Below, piece after piece: positions 19,582 to 29,978 of a stretch of DNA of 64,000 nt (position 1 is its first letter; every line of letters starts with the position of its first letter). The DNA is from Acidobacteriota bacterium. GTDB taxonomy: Bacteria > Acidobacteriota > UBA890 > WLXD01. Below the pieces are notes generated by a model. That model did not search any database and had not been told where the DNA came from. It saw only the letters and a program-made list of their open reading frames with translations. The position numbers were made by a program, and so were the translations under genes. Location of the stretch: the NCBI GenBank assembly GCA_965248695.1, contig CBDFKD010000002.1:3872001-3936000 (forward strand). The letters are read 5' to 3'.

Positions 19582-20748
19582 TCAGACGCAGCGCTCGAGA
19601 ATCGCCATGTCGTCATCGAAGGACTCCGGACCAAGGGGCCCGAACGAGAAGCGGATCAACGTACCGAGGGGTCCGTCGCTGCCGCGCCGAGCCATGTCGC
19701 ACAGACGGCCGGGGAGGATCCCGGCCCGGTGCTCGAACAACCGCTCGTTGAACGCGTCTCCGGTCATGTCGCCAGGCAGCCGCGCCCAGTGGTAGAAGCC
19801 GCCGGTTCCGGTGTAGAGCTCGAAACCGAGACGGTTCAGGCCGTCGGCGTAGCGCCGGCGCTGTTGGGTGTAGAACGTCGCGATGGCCGCACGCGCTTGG
19901 CGCACTCGATCGAGTCGTAGCAACTCAGCGACGTAGAGCTGCGACGCTCGCGACACTCCACCCATGCCGAACGACGAGTAGTTGCGGAAGATCTCGATGT
20001 AATCCCGGGCCGCGACGACCCAGCCGACCCGCATGCCGGGCACCTGGAGTCCCTTGGTCGCGGCGCCGACCACGAACAGGTCGGTGGCGTCGATATCGTC
20101 GATGTGGCGCAGGGCGCTTTCCGGTTCAGGGTCGCCGTAGAACTCGTAGGCCTCGTCGATCAACGCTCCGGACCCGGGCTGCGAATAGCACTCTACGAGT
20201 TGCTTCAACTCACCTCCGACCGTCGCGACTCCGGTCGGGTTGCATGGGTTGCTCTTGACGAGCAGCGTGCGGTCACCGATCGGATGATCGGCCAGGGTCG
20301 GTCGAAAACGATTCCCCTCGTTGCTCGGGATCAGCACGTGATCGCGGCCGAGCACTCGCAGCAGGTCGTAGTACGGCGTGTACTCGGTCTCCTCGACGCA
20401 CACCGTCACGTCCTCGAGCAAGAACGCGAGGATGGCGAAGATCGCCGGGCGTCCGCCAGCAAACACGGCGACGTGGTCCGCCGAGATGCCTGCGTCGTAG
20501 AACTCGTTGTAGTAGTTGGCGATGGCGTCGCGGAGCGGTGGCTGTCCGTCCGCCTTCGGGTACATTCGATCGTCCGCCGAGATCGTGATCGTGTCGGGGA
20601 GGTCGGGACCGCCGGGCACCGGCGTTGTTATCGGAAAACCCTGTGCCCACGGGTGGGTGCCGACCTCACCCATGTAGGTGTCCGTCGCATCGGCGAAACG
20701 GAACAGGGTCTCGTAGACCCCCATCGGGGGAAAGGTGCGGAGGATCAC
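19582..20748 (-). CDS. PLP-dependent aminotransferase, class I/II
   Basis: SNPCNPTG, DEAYE and ATKGLQVPGMRVGW (PLP lysine) motifs; IRFSFG. Confidence 0.9.
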   Translation of the reverse strand: MILRTFPPMGVYETLFRFADATDTYMGEVGTHPWAQGFPITTPVPGGPDLPDTITISADDRMYPKADGQPPLRDAIANYYNEFYDAGISADHVAVFAGGRPAIFAILAFLLEDVTVCVEETEYTPYYDLLRVLGRDHVLIPSNEGNRFRPTLADHPIGDRTLLVKSNPCNPTGVATVGGELKQLVECYSQPGSGALIDEAYEFYGDPEPESALRHIDDIDATDLFVVGAATKGLQVPGMRVGWVVAARDYIEIFRNYSSFGMGGVSRASQLYVAELLRLDRVRQARAAIATFYTQQRRRYADGLNRLGFELYTGTGGFYHWARLPGDMTGDAFNERLFEHRAGILPGRLCDMARRGSDGPLGTLIRFSFGPLGPESFDDDMAILERCV

Positions 20749-20855
20749 GGGCGGAACATATCACCGCAGCGGCACGTTCCGGGAACGACTGAGCGGCGCG
20801 TCGATCGCTCGTGATCCGCGTCCATTCCGGCCAGCGCCGCGACTACTATCGGTGT

Positions 20856-21414
20856 TCGCCAACCGCGGCGACGCTACACGCGATGCACTACCACGCGGTC
20901 AATGTGGCCGAAGTTCAGACGGCTCTGGCCAGCCGACAGCGCGCCTCGCTCGATGTGATCCTGACACCCACCCTGCTGGGCGATCGTCAGCTCACCGCCG
21001 AGGAGATCCAGCGCGAGCTCGACAACAACGCCCAGGGAGTCCTCGGGTATGTGGTTCGCTGGGTGGGGCAGGGCGTCGGGTGCTCCAAGGTGCCCGACAT
21101 CGACGACGTCGGCCTTGATGGAGGATCGTGCCACGCTGCGCATCTCCAGCCAGCACATCGCCAACTGGCTGCATCATGGCATCGTCGAAGCCGATCAAGT
21201 GATGGCGACTCTCGCGCGCATGGCGGCGGTCGTCGACGGGCAGAACGCCGCGGATCCGATCTACCTGCCGATGGCGCCGGACTTCGATGACAGCCTCGAG
21301 TTTCAGACTGCCGTCGACCTGATCTTCAAGGGGCGCCAGGAGCCAAACGGTTACACCGAGACGGTGCTCCATTCGCGTCGCCGCCAGGTCAAGGCCCGAC
21401 TCAACCCGGCGTGA
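20856..21414 (+). pseudogene. glcB: Malate synthase G, C-terminal remnant with an added frameshift near 21115
   Basis: [43 protein letters not shown] / [21 protein letters not shown] and PNGYTE..LH are GlcB C-terminal motifs; most of the N-terminal protein is absent. Confidence 0.88.
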
Positions 21415-21424
21415 TCTTGACGCT

Positions 21425-24400
21425 TTAGAAGTCCGCGGCCCTCGTCAGCAAACCACGTATCGAGGCTTCGGAGAGCTCGAGCGCGCGCAGCTGGTCCGCC
21501 GTCGGGTGTGTTGTCGAGCCGTCGATGCGCGACGCCAGCCCGGCTAGCTCGCGTTGGGCGCGTGCGATCTGCTCGTCGAGGGCCGTGGCGTCGGGCGATT
21601 CTTCCAGCCGCGGGCGGAGTATCCGCCGGGCCTCGTAGATCTCGCCGGTCAGGTCGTGCGCGCGGATCAGCGCGTCCTGGCGTGCAGCGAGATCCGCACC
21701 CGATACGTCGAGGCCCGACGCCAGGGCTACCTCGATCTTGATCGTCGTCGCCAGGGTACCGACGTGCAGCAATGCCTGATAGGTGCCTGGTAGCACGCGG
21801 GGGGCGGGAGGTGGTGCCGGCAGCTCGAGCCGAGTCGCATCGTCGGGAGGAAATGCCGGCTCGATGCGCAGATCCCATTCTACGCTGTGCAGCCCGGCGC
21901 TCCCCGGTCCCGAAAGGGCCCGAATTCGACTCCCGTCAAGGGCGGTGATTTCGAGCCGAGCGGTCCGTACACCACCGAACTCCGGAACCGCGACGGGCAG
22001 GCGATACCGCAATACCGCGCTGGACGGCGGATTGGGGGCCCAGAACTCGGCGGCTCCGGCGTAGGTGTTCCTCGGGAGGTCGTTGAACAACTTCGCCGGT
22101 TTCACCGGGAAGAGATACCGGCGGCCAGCAGCGCGTGCCACGGCGAGCTTCTCCAGCACGGCGATGTCGTCGAGGATCCAGACGCTACGGCCGTGGGTAC
22201 CGATGATCAGGTCGTTGTCGCGCGGGTGCACGATGATGTCGTCGACCGGCACCGTCGGCAGGTTGTTCTTCAGCCGCTCCCAAGAGACGCCGCGATCGAG
22301 CGAGAAGTAGAGCCCGAGCTCGTTGCCGAGGAACAGCAGGTCCTCGTTGCGTGGATGCTCGGCGACGACGTTGACCGACCAGTCGGGAAGGCCGGCAACG
22401 ATCGAGCGCCATGTGTCGCCGCCGTCGTCGCTGGCGTACACGTAGGCCGCCATGTCGTCCTGCTGGTGGCCGTCGAAGGTAGCGTAGACGCGGCCCTGGG
22501 CGTGCCGCGAAGCGAGCAGGCGGCTGCTACTCGTGAATTCCGGCAATCCGGGGAACGTCTCGGTGAGATCGGTCCAGCTGGCGCCGCCGTCGACGGTGCG
22601 TTGTACGTTGCCGTCGTCGGTGCCGGCGTAGATCACGCGCGGGTTCACCGGCGACTCCGAGACCGTCGTCATGTTGCCGTATGTCGAGACGCCGTCGTTG
22701 AGCGACAGCACGCCCTCGACCGGGTGCATCCCCATGAGAGTCTCGGTCTGGCGATCGATGGCCTTGCTGAGATCGGGGCTGATCGCCTCCCAACTCTGCC
22801 CCTGATCGGGCGATCGGAACAGCACGTTGCCGGCGGCGTAGAGGGTGTCCGGGTCATGCTCGGAGATGATCAGCGGGCTGTCCCAGTTCCAGCGATAGTC
22901 CTCCGCCGCGTCGACCCCACCGTTTGCGGCTGGTGTCTCAATACGGATCGACTGGCGCTCCATCGTCGCCATGTTGAAGCGCATTAGGGCGCCGTTCTGC
23001 GTCTCGGTGATGATCACCTGGTGGTCGCGCGGGTCGATGCGGGCGTACATCCCGTCGCCGCTCACCAGCTTGATCCAGTCGCTGTTGCGGATACCGCGTG
23101 GATCGCGGCTGGCGCTCGGGCCACCCCAGACGCCGTTGTCCTGCAGCCCGCCGTATACCCAGTACGGGTCGCGCATATCCGCACCGATCTCGTAGAACTG
23201 GCCGATCGGCAGGTTGTCGAGGAAGCGCCAGGTCTCGGCGCGGTCGGCACTGACGAACACGCCGCCGTCGTGGCCTAGTAGCACGTTGTCGGAATCGCTC
23301 GGGTCGATCCACATGGCGTGCAGGTCGGGGTGGATGCCGGTCGCCTCCGTCCGCTCGAAGGTCACGCCGCCGTCGTCGGAAACCAGCAAGCCGCCGCCGA
23401 GCAGGTAGACGCGGCGGGCGTCATTGGGGTCGATGCGGACCTGGCTGAAGTACATTGGCCGCGGATTCACCTCGTTGAGCTGATCCCACGAGTCGCCGCC
23501 GTTCGATGACCGGTAGATGCCGCCGTCGGGCGCGGTCGCCTCCACCGTCGCGATGATGAGGTTGCCATCGCGTTGAAAAATATCCAGCCCGATGCGGCCC
23601 AGGTCGCCACTCGGCAGCCCGGCGGCCAATTCGGTCCACGAATCGCCGCCGTCGCGGGTCCGATAGAGGCCGCTACCAGGACCGCCGCCAATGAAGCAGC
23701 ACGCCGTGCGGCGTCGCTGGTAGGTGGCGGCGATCACCGTGGCGGGATCATCCGGGTCCATTGCCAGGTCGGTGACGCCGGTGTCGGCGTCGATGTACAG
23801 CACCTTGTCCCACGAATCGCCACCGTCGCGAGTGCGAAATACGCCGCGCTCCTCGCTCGGGCCCCAGAGGCTGCCGCCGGCAGCGACGAAGACGGTGTCA
23901 GGGTCGCTCGGATGAACCAGGATGCGGCCGATGTGCCGGGTTTCGGTGAGCCCACGATGGCTCCAGGTGTCGCCACCGTCGGTCGACCTGTAGACCCCCG
24001 CGCCCCAGGGCGAGCTCTGCCGGTTGTTGGCCTCGCCGGTGCCGATCCACACGATATCCGGATCAGACGGCGCTACCGTAACGTCGCCGATCGAGTTGAC
24101 GTCTTCGTCCTCGAACTGGGCCTTCCAGGTGGTGCCGCGGTTGGTCGTCTTCCACAAATTGCCGGAGGCCACACCGACGTAGTAGGTGTCCGCGTCCACG
24201 GCGGCGAAATCAGCGATGCGGCCACCCATCGTCGCCGGCCCGATCGGGCGCCAGCGTAGTTGCGTAAGGTCCGAAGCGGGTGTCTCGACGGTATCCGCGA
24301 CCTGTGCAGGCGTCGGTAGTGCCGCTGCCGGGCTGCTCGCCGCCGCCACCATCGCGGCGGTGCCGCTCAGCAAGCCGGTCAGCAAGCCGGCGAGCGTGAC

Positions 24401-24475
24401 AACGGTCGACGTGCCGTGGGCGGCGTCGGCACGGCGGGCAGGTCTGGAGGATCGCGTCTTCGATCGCAGATGCAT
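21425..24475 (-). CDS. Secreted VPS10/sortilin-like (BNR/Asp-box) beta-propeller glycosyl hydrolase-like protein
   Basis: WRPIGPA..GGRI; many S/TxDGGxxW Asp-boxes; GGLQDNG; GTHGRS.WILDD. Confidence 0.85.
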   Translation of the reverse strand: MHLRSKTRSSRPARRADAAHGTSTVVTLAGLLTGLLSGTAAMVAAASSPAAALPTPAQVADTVETPASDLTQLRWRPIGPATMGGRIADFAAVDADTYYVGVASGNLWKTTNRGTTWKAQFEDEDVNSIGDVTVAPSDPDIVWIGTGEANNRQSSPWGAGVYRSTDGGDTWSHRGLTETRHIGRILVHPSDPDTVFVAAGGSLWGPSEERGVFRTRDGGDSWDKVLYIDADTGVTDLAMDPDDPATVIAATYQRRRTACCFIGGGPGSGLYRTRDGGDSWTELAAGLPSGDLGRIGLDIFQRDGNLIIATVEATAPDGGIYRSSNGGDSWDQLNEVNPRPMYFSQVRIDPNDARRVYLLGGGLLVSDDGGVTFERTEATGIHPDLHAMWIDPSDSDNVLLGHDGGVFVSADRAETWRFLDNLPIGQFYEIGADMRDPYWVYGGLQDNGVWGGPSASRDPRGIRNSDWIKLVSGDGMYARIDPRDHQVIITETQNGALMRFNMATMERQSIRIETPAANGGVDAAEDYRWNWDSPLIISEHDPDTLYAAGNVLFRSPDQGQSWEAISPDLSKAIDRQTETLMGMHPVEGVLSLNDGVSTYGNMTTVSESPVNPRVIYAGTDDGNVQRTVDGGASWTDLTETFPGLPEFTSSSRLLASRHAQGRVYATFDGHQQDDMAAYVYASDDGGDTWRSIVAGLPDWSVNVVAEHPRNEDLLFLGNELGLYFSLDRGVSWERLKNNLPTVPVDDIIVHPRDNDLIIGTHGRSVWILDDIAVLEKLAVARAAGRRYLFPVKPAKLFNDLPRNTYAGAAEFWAPNPPSSAVLRYRLPVAVPEFGGVRTARLEITALDGSRIRALSGPGSAGLHSVEWDLRIEPAFPPDDATRLELPAPPPAPRVLPGTYQALLHVGTLATTIKIEVALASGLDVSGADLAARQDALIRAHDLTGEIYEARRILRPRLEESPDATALDEQIARAQRELAGLASRIDGSTTHPTADQLRALELSEASIRGLLTRAADF

Positions 24476-24480
24476 CGCAC

Positions 24481-25302
24481 TCAGTCCTTGAGCTCGGCGG
24501 CGCGTTCGGTCGCCTTGACCACTGCCTTGATGAGCGTCACGCGCAGGCCGCCGTCTTCAAGCTCCAGGAGCCCATCGATGGTGCATCCGGCCGGGGTGGT
24601 GACCTCGTCCTTCAACAGCGCCGGGTGATTGCCGGATTCCAACACCATGCCGGCCGCCCCGAGCGTGGCTTGGGCCGCCAACTTGGTCGCAATATCTCGC
24701 GGTAGGCCGACTTTGACTCCCGCTTCGGCGAGCGACTCGATGACCACGTAGATGAACGCCGGTCCGCTGGCCGAGAGTCCGGTCACCGCGTCCATGTGCT
24801 TCTCGTCGAGCACGACGGTCCGCCCGACGGCGTCGAAGAGCGCCTGTGCCAACGCCAGGTGGTCGTCGGTGGCGTGGGTTCCGGCGCATAGGCCGGTCAT
24901 TGCGTCGCCAATTGCTGCTGGCGTGCCGGACATGGCACGGACTACGGGAACTTCCTCGAATGCCTCTTCGATCAGGCTCGTCGGCACCGAGGCGGCAACC
25001 GAGATCAGCAGCTTGCGCTCGATGACCGGTGCAATCTGCTCGCATACTGCACGGACGTTCGCCGGCTTCACGCACAGCAGCACCAGATCGGCATCTTCAA
25101 CCGCGCTCAAGTTGTCGGTCGACACCTGTACGCCGTAGATCGCCGCTCGCAGCTTCGCGTTGGTCTCGTGGTGCACGGTGGCGCGGACGTTGTCCGCTGC
25201 CACTAGGTCCTTGTCGAGGAAAGCCCGTAGCAGGATGCCGCCGAGCTTCCCGAGTCCGATGACGGCAATGCGATGCTCTTGCGTCGTTTCGTTCATCTCC
25301 AT
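24481..25302 (-). CDS. proC: Pyrroline-5-carboxylate reductase
   Basis: IGLGKLG, LCVKP, ISVAA, TGLSASGPAF, VTTPAGCTIDGL. Confidence 0.92.
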   Translation of the reverse strand: MEMNETTQEHRIAVIGLGKLGGILLRAFLDKDLVAADNVRATVHHETNAKLRAAIYGVQVSTDNLSAVEDADLVLLCVKPANVRAVCEQIAPVIERKLLISVAASVPTSLIEEAFEEVPVVRAMSGTPAAIGDAMTGLCAGTHATDDHLALAQALFDAVGRTVVLDEKHMDAVTGLSASGPAFIYVVIESLAEAGVKVGLPRDIATKLAAQATLGAAGMVLESGNHPALLKDEVTTPAGCTIDGLLELEDGGLRVTLIKAVVKATERAAELKD

Positions 25303-25444
25303 CCTCCGCGGCTGAGACTACCAGCAACGAAGGGTCAACTGCGGCCTGACCACGGCAGCTCCCTCAGCCGAGCGTGTTTCAATCGATCGACCTGTCTGCC
25401 ATGGCTGGAGCGCGCTCGAGGTGCGCTCCACGTTTCCCGAGCGG

Positions 25445-27763
25445 ATGCTATTTGTGACTGACTTGAAACGGTGCTCGCGGCTGATCTGCGCGCCGATCCT
25501 TGTCGCTGGGTGCGGGCTGCTGTTGGCCACCAACAGCGTGCTGGCGTCCACTCACGACGAGCCCGCGCCGGCGCCTAGCCCGACGCCGCAACAGCGCCAG
25601 ATCCCCGTGCGAATGATCGGCGGTCAGGCGCCGATTGAGCGGCAGACCGACAAGAACGCAACCGCGACGTGGACCGAGGAGGCGCCGATCCTCGACGGGC
25701 GCCTGGATGAGGCGGTCTGGGCGACGGCTGTGGTTATCAGCGACTTCCGGCAGCGAGAGCCGCAGGAAGGTGGGGAGCCTACCGAGCTCACTGAAGCCAG
25801 GGTTCTGTACGACGACGACAACCTGTATTTCGGCTTCGTGCTGCACGACAGCAACCCCGACGGCATCCGCGCCACGCAGCTGCGCAGAGACAGCATCAGC
25901 ATCGGCAGCTTCGGAAGCCGCTTGATCGACTCCGACGAATCGGACGATACCGTTGCCGTGATCCTCGATACGTTCAGCGACCAGCGCAACGCGTTCCTGT
26001 TCGCAGTCAACGCGCTGGGCACCAAGTTCGACGCCACCGTTCGCGGCGAGAGCCTGGTCAATGCCAACTGGGACGAGCGCTGGGACTCCGCGGCACAGAT
26101 CACGGAGCGCGGCTGGGAGGCCGAGATCGCGATCCCCTGGTCGATCCTGCGGTACACGACTTCCGGAGCCGGATGGGGAATGGACATTCGGCGCGACATT
26201 AGGCGCAAGAACGAAGAGGTCGTGTGGGCCAACTACTCGCGCGACTTCGAGTTCATCGCAGTCTCGCGTGCCGGCCGGCTGGTGGGCCTCCGAGGTCTCC
26301 GCCTGAGAGAGCGCTTTCGGATCAAGCCATACGTCACCGGAACCTGGGACTCGTTCGAGCGCCGTCCGATCCCGTTCGAGGACACGCGCTCGGATTGGGG
26401 AATCGAGGACTTCAAGATCAAGCTGACCTCGACGCTGACCTCGCAGCTCACATACAACACGGATTTCGCGCAGGTCGAGGTCGACGACCAGCGGGTCAAC
26501 CTGACGCGTGACGCGCTCTTTTTTCAGGAGAAGCGCGAGTTCTTCCTCGAGGCCGCCAACAACTTCGCCTTCGGTCCTACACGCCGCGGCGCTTTCGGAC
26601 CGCCGATCCTGCGTATGTTCCACTCGCGCAACATCGGACTGGACGACTCCGGTCGCCCATTGCCGATCGATTACGGCGCCAAGATCACTGGCAAGATCGG
26701 TGGCGGCAACGTCGGCTTGTTGAACGTGCAGACGAACGACTCGGCATTCGGGGAGGGGAGCAACTACTCAGTGGCGCGCTGGCGCCAGGACGTCCTGGCG
26801 CGCTCGAGCATCGGAGTAATCGGTATCAATGTTGAAGGGCAGGGCGACGACTTCAACCGTGTGTACGGCGCTGACGCAAGCTTCCAGTTCGGCAACTTGA
26901 ACCTGGCGGGTTTCGCGGCACAGTCGGAAGGTGGCTTCGAGGAGCGCTCGTTGGCTTGGCGTGGTCGTTTCGACTACAACAGCGATCTGTTCGAGGTGGT
27001 CGCCGACGTTACCCACATCGACCCGGAGTTCCGCAACGACCTTGGCTTCATCCTGCGTCGTAACATCCTCTACCAGCGCTACGACGCCCAGCTGAAGCCA
27101 CGACCGGCCGGAATCCCGTGGCTGCGGCAGCTGCCGTTCGTGGCGCACCACCAGACGTTCCACGATCTCGATGGCCGGCTGATCTCGCGCCGACAGTTCG
27201 TCGACACGAGGCCGCTGCTGGAGTCGGGTGACAGCTTCATCATCAGCTACGAGCGCAATTTCGAGCGCCTCGACTTCCCGTTCCAGATCCACCCCGACGT
27301 CGCCATACCACCGGGCGAGTACACCTTCGGGCAGCTATTCTTCGGATTCTTCTCCAACGCCTCGCGGCGGGTGAGCTTGAACGGGTTTCTGGAGATGGGT
27401 GACTTCTACGACGGCGACCGCATCTCGGCAACGCCGCAGATGGCGATTCGCTTCAGCGAGAACTTCACCCTGCGCCCGGAGTTCAGCTACAACAAGGTGA
27501 ACGTGTCGACCGGGTCGTTCACCAGCAACATCGCGCGCGTGCGTGCCGAGGTATCGTTCTCCGACCGAGTGCTCACCGATGCGCTGGCGCAGTACAACAC
27601 GGTCAGCGACGAGTTCGAGATGTTCGCGCGGCTCCGCTACATCTATCGGATCGGCGACGATTTCTACCTCGTCTACCGGCAGGCACGGCGCTATAACGGC
27701 GGGTTCGTGGGCCCGATCGACCAGTCGCTGATCGCCAAGCTGACGTTCTCCTTCGGCTTCTAG
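25445..27763 (+). CDS. CBM9-like / DUF5916 outer-membrane protein
   Basis: Signal peptide; P.LDG.LDE..W, GWEAEIAIPW, NTDFAQVEVD, FFQEKREFFLE, SRNIGL; ends in LTFSFGF, typical of an OM beta-barrel. Confidence 0.8.
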   Translation: MLFVTDLKRCSRLICAPILVAGCGLLLATNSVLASTHDEPAPAPSPTPQQRQIPVRMIGGQAPIERQTDKNATATWTEEAPILDGRLDEAVWATAVVISDFRQREPQEGGEPTELTEARVLYDDDNLYFGFVLHDSNPDGIRATQLRRDSISIGSFGSRLIDSDESDDTVAVILDTFSDQRNAFLFAVNALGTKFDATVRGESLVNANWDERWDSAAQITERGWEAEIAIPWSILRYTTSGAGWGMDIRRDIRRKNEEVVWANYSRDFEFIAVSRAGRLVGLRGLRLRERFRIKPYVTGTWDSFERRPIPFEDTRSDWGIEDFKIKLTSTLTSQLTYNTDFAQVEVDDQRVNLTRDALFFQEKREFFLEAANNFAFGPTRRGAFGPPILRMFHSRNIGLDDSGRPLPIDYGAKITGKIGGGNVGLLNVQTNDSAFGEGSNYSVARWRQDVLARSSIGVIGINVEGQGDDFNRVYGADASFQFGNLNLAGFAAQSEGGFEERSLAWRGRFDYNSDLFEVVADVTHIDPEFRNDLGFILRRNILYQRYDAQLKPRPAGIPWLRQLPFVAHHQTFHDLDGRLISRRQFVDTRPLLESGDSFIISYERNFERLDFPFQIHPDVAIPPGEYTFGQLFFGFFSNASRRVSLNGFLEMGDFYDGDRISATPQMAIRFSENFTLRPEFSYNKVNVSTGSFTSNIARVRAEVSFSDRVLTDALAQYNTVSDEFEMFARLRYIYRIGDDFYLVYRQARRYNGGFVGPIDQSLIAKLTFSFGF

Positions 27764-27788
27764 TGGCCGGTCACAGGCCACTATTTGT
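27761..27788 (+). terminator. Candidate intrinsic terminator
   Basis: TAGTGGCC-N7-GGCCACTA perfect 8-bp stem followed by TTTGT, starting at the stop codon. Confidence 0.5.
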
Positions 27789-27914
27789 CGGGCGTAGCAC
27801 TAGTTCCGCGTCGAGGACGCCAGGCCGGCGAACAGCGGTTGGCCCTGTCTGGCCGCCTGACCTGCTATATCTCCTGCTCGAGAAAACCTCGCCATTTCTT
27901 GCCGGAGTAAGCCC

Positions 27915-29279
27915 ATGAGCGCCGCTGACTTGTATCCGATCTGCCGACGGCAGTCTTTCGCGCTCGTCGGAGCGTTGCTGGGATTGCTGGTGGGGCCCGC
28001 CACGGCCGGCGCGCAGGGGCCGGTGGCTCTGGTCGCGGACCGGCTGATTGACGGCCGAGGCTCCGATGCCCGCACCGGAGTCGTGGTGGTGGTGGAAGGC
28101 GAACGGATCACTGCGGTCGGGGGCCGCGAGGTGATCCCCGCCGGTGCCCGCCTGTTGGAGCTGCCCGGCGCGACGCTCATGCCCGGGATGATCAACAATC
28201 ACGAGCATCCCCTGATGTATGGCGACGACTATCAGAACGCCCATCTGCAGGGCTCTTCGGCCTACAAGGCTCTGATGGGGCTGGCGGCGGTGCAGCGGTA
28301 TCTGCTGGCCGGCTGGACCGGCGTGCGGGTCATGGGCGACGCCGATGTCTTCTACGCCAATCAGGATCTCCGGCGGGCGATCGAAGAGGGGATCTTCATC
28401 GGACCTCGAATGGCCGGCGCCGGGCACTACATCTCGATCACCGGCGGAGGCGGCGACGTCAACTTCCTATCTCCCGAGCAGCCGGTAGTGGCCGATGGTC
28501 TGGTGGTCGACGGGCCCGAGGAGGTCCGCAAGGCGGTGCGGCGGGAAGTGAAGTACGGCTCGGACTGGATCAAGCTGCTCGTCACAGGCGCCTACCAGTC
28601 GGTCGGCGACGACCCGCGGAACGTCGCCTTCAGCCCTGAAGAGCTGCGCGCCGCGGTCCAGGAGGCGGGTCGGCTGGGCGTTCCGGTTGCCGCCCATGCG
28701 CACGCCACCGACGGCATCAAGCAGGCCGTACGCGCCGGTGTACGCTCGATCGAGCACGGCACGTTTCTCGACGACGAGGCGATCGCGCTCATGGTCGAGC
28801 GGGGCACCTTCCTGGTGCCGACGATCTACATTGGCGACTACTACGAGGGCACCGACCTGCTGCTGGCACAGGAGAAGAACGACCAATACACGGAGAACGA
28901 TCGCCCCGTATTTCTAGCCGCCCTTGGCCGGGCGCACGCGGCGGGTGTGAGGATCGCCGTTGGTATCGACCTCGGCGGCATCTCTGTTCCGGCGGAGGTT
29001 TTCGCCCGCGAGTTTGCCGTGCTGACCGAAGCGGGCCTCTCACCGATGGACGCGATTCAGGCCGGTACCCGCGTTGGCGCGGAGCTCCTGGGCTGGGACG
29101 ATCTCGGGACGATCGAGCCCGGCAAGCTCGCCGACATCATCGCCGTGCCGGGAAATCCACTCGACGACTTGAGCGCTCTGGAACGCGTATCTTTCGTTAT
29201 GCTGGGCGGCAGGGTGGTCAAGCGTCTGGATTCGTCGGCGTCGCTTGCCGGGATTCTGCCGGGGCGCGAAAGTCAGTAA
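27915..29279 (+). CDS. Secreted metal-dependent amidohydrolase (Xaa-Pro dipeptidase-like)
   Basis: PGMINNHEH, DWIK, AAHAH, SIEHG, GTIEPGKLADIIAV.GNPL. Confidence 0.88.
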   Translation: MSAADLYPICRRQSFALVGALLGLLVGPATAGAQGPVALVADRLIDGRGSDARTGVVVVVEGERITAVGGREVIPAGARLLELPGATLMPGMINNHEHPLMYGDDYQNAHLQGSSAYKALMGLAAVQRYLLAGWTGVRVMGDADVFYANQDLRRAIEEGIFIGPRMAGAGHYISITGGGGDVNFLSPEQPVVADGLVVDGPEEVRKAVRREVKYGSDWIKLLVTGAYQSVGDDPRNVAFSPEELRAAVQEAGRLGVPVAAHAHATDGIKQAVRAGVRSIEHGTFLDDEAIALMVERGTFLVPTIYIGDYYEGTDLLLAQEKNDQYTENDRPVFLAALGRAHAAGVRIAVGIDLGGISVPAEVFAREFAVLTEAGLSPMDAIQAGTRVGAELLGWDDLGTIEPGKLADIIAVPGNPLDDLSALERVSFVMLGGRVVKRLDSSASLAGILPGRESQ

Positions 29280-29312
29280 GAGTCGCCCCGGCCCACAACC
29301 TCCGGGGGACTG

Positions 29313-29832
29313 ATGGCGATCTTCGCTCGGCCGTAAGACAGCGGCGTGCACGGCGCTCGTACTCGCACTCACGCTGACGCTGCTCGCCCAGCAGGCATGG
29401 GCATTTCGCATTTACTGGACTGGCAACAACAGCGCCCAGGAGTCTGCAGCGGCAACGACGCTGGACCTCGGCGTCGATCACACCGGCAACAACGTTGGCA
29501 CGGCGTGGGTCGTCGAGGTCAAGAAACCGGGCCCGGGCGTGATCATCTTCAACGCTGAGTGCGCGGTGGACGGTAGCAACAGCGACTGGGTCGAGATCGA
29601 CATCCTCGTTGACGGCGTCGCCGTGGGGCCGAGCGCCAGCGACAACGCCTTCTGCACCGGTCACACCACAGGCAGCGGTTTCGCAGATACCTGGGTGAGC
29701 GCGAGCACCGTTGTCCCGATGGATTTCGAGCCGGGGAATCACACGATCGAGGTACTGGCGTTCCTCGGCAACGCCGGCACAAGTTGGCGAATCGATGACC
29801 TGTCGTTAACGGTCATGCTTCAGAAGAGGTAG
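29313..29832 (+). pseudogene. Secreted beta-rich protein of about 172 aa with a +1 frameshift right after the start codon
   Basis: GGGGGA SD, then ATG-G-CGA; removing one G gives MRSSLGRKTAACTALVLALTLTLLAQQAWA (signal peptide), open through track ORF 29539..29832. Confidence 0.65.
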
Positions 29833-29978
29833 GCCCGCGACCGGCCGCTCCAGTAGTCGGGCGAGGTCCGATTGACCGGGCCCGCCCGGAGCGGCTTTGG
29901 TCCCGGCGCCCGATCCCACCGTACCTCCGCCAACCGCCGGGCATGGCGCGCTCGGGCGCTCGAGTTACGTAAATGATG

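Noticed and set aside
22380-24150. Recurring GCCGCCGTCG-like DNA repeats
   Set aside because: They encode the Asp-box (DGGxxW) protein repeats; spacing is irregular and this is not a CRISPR array
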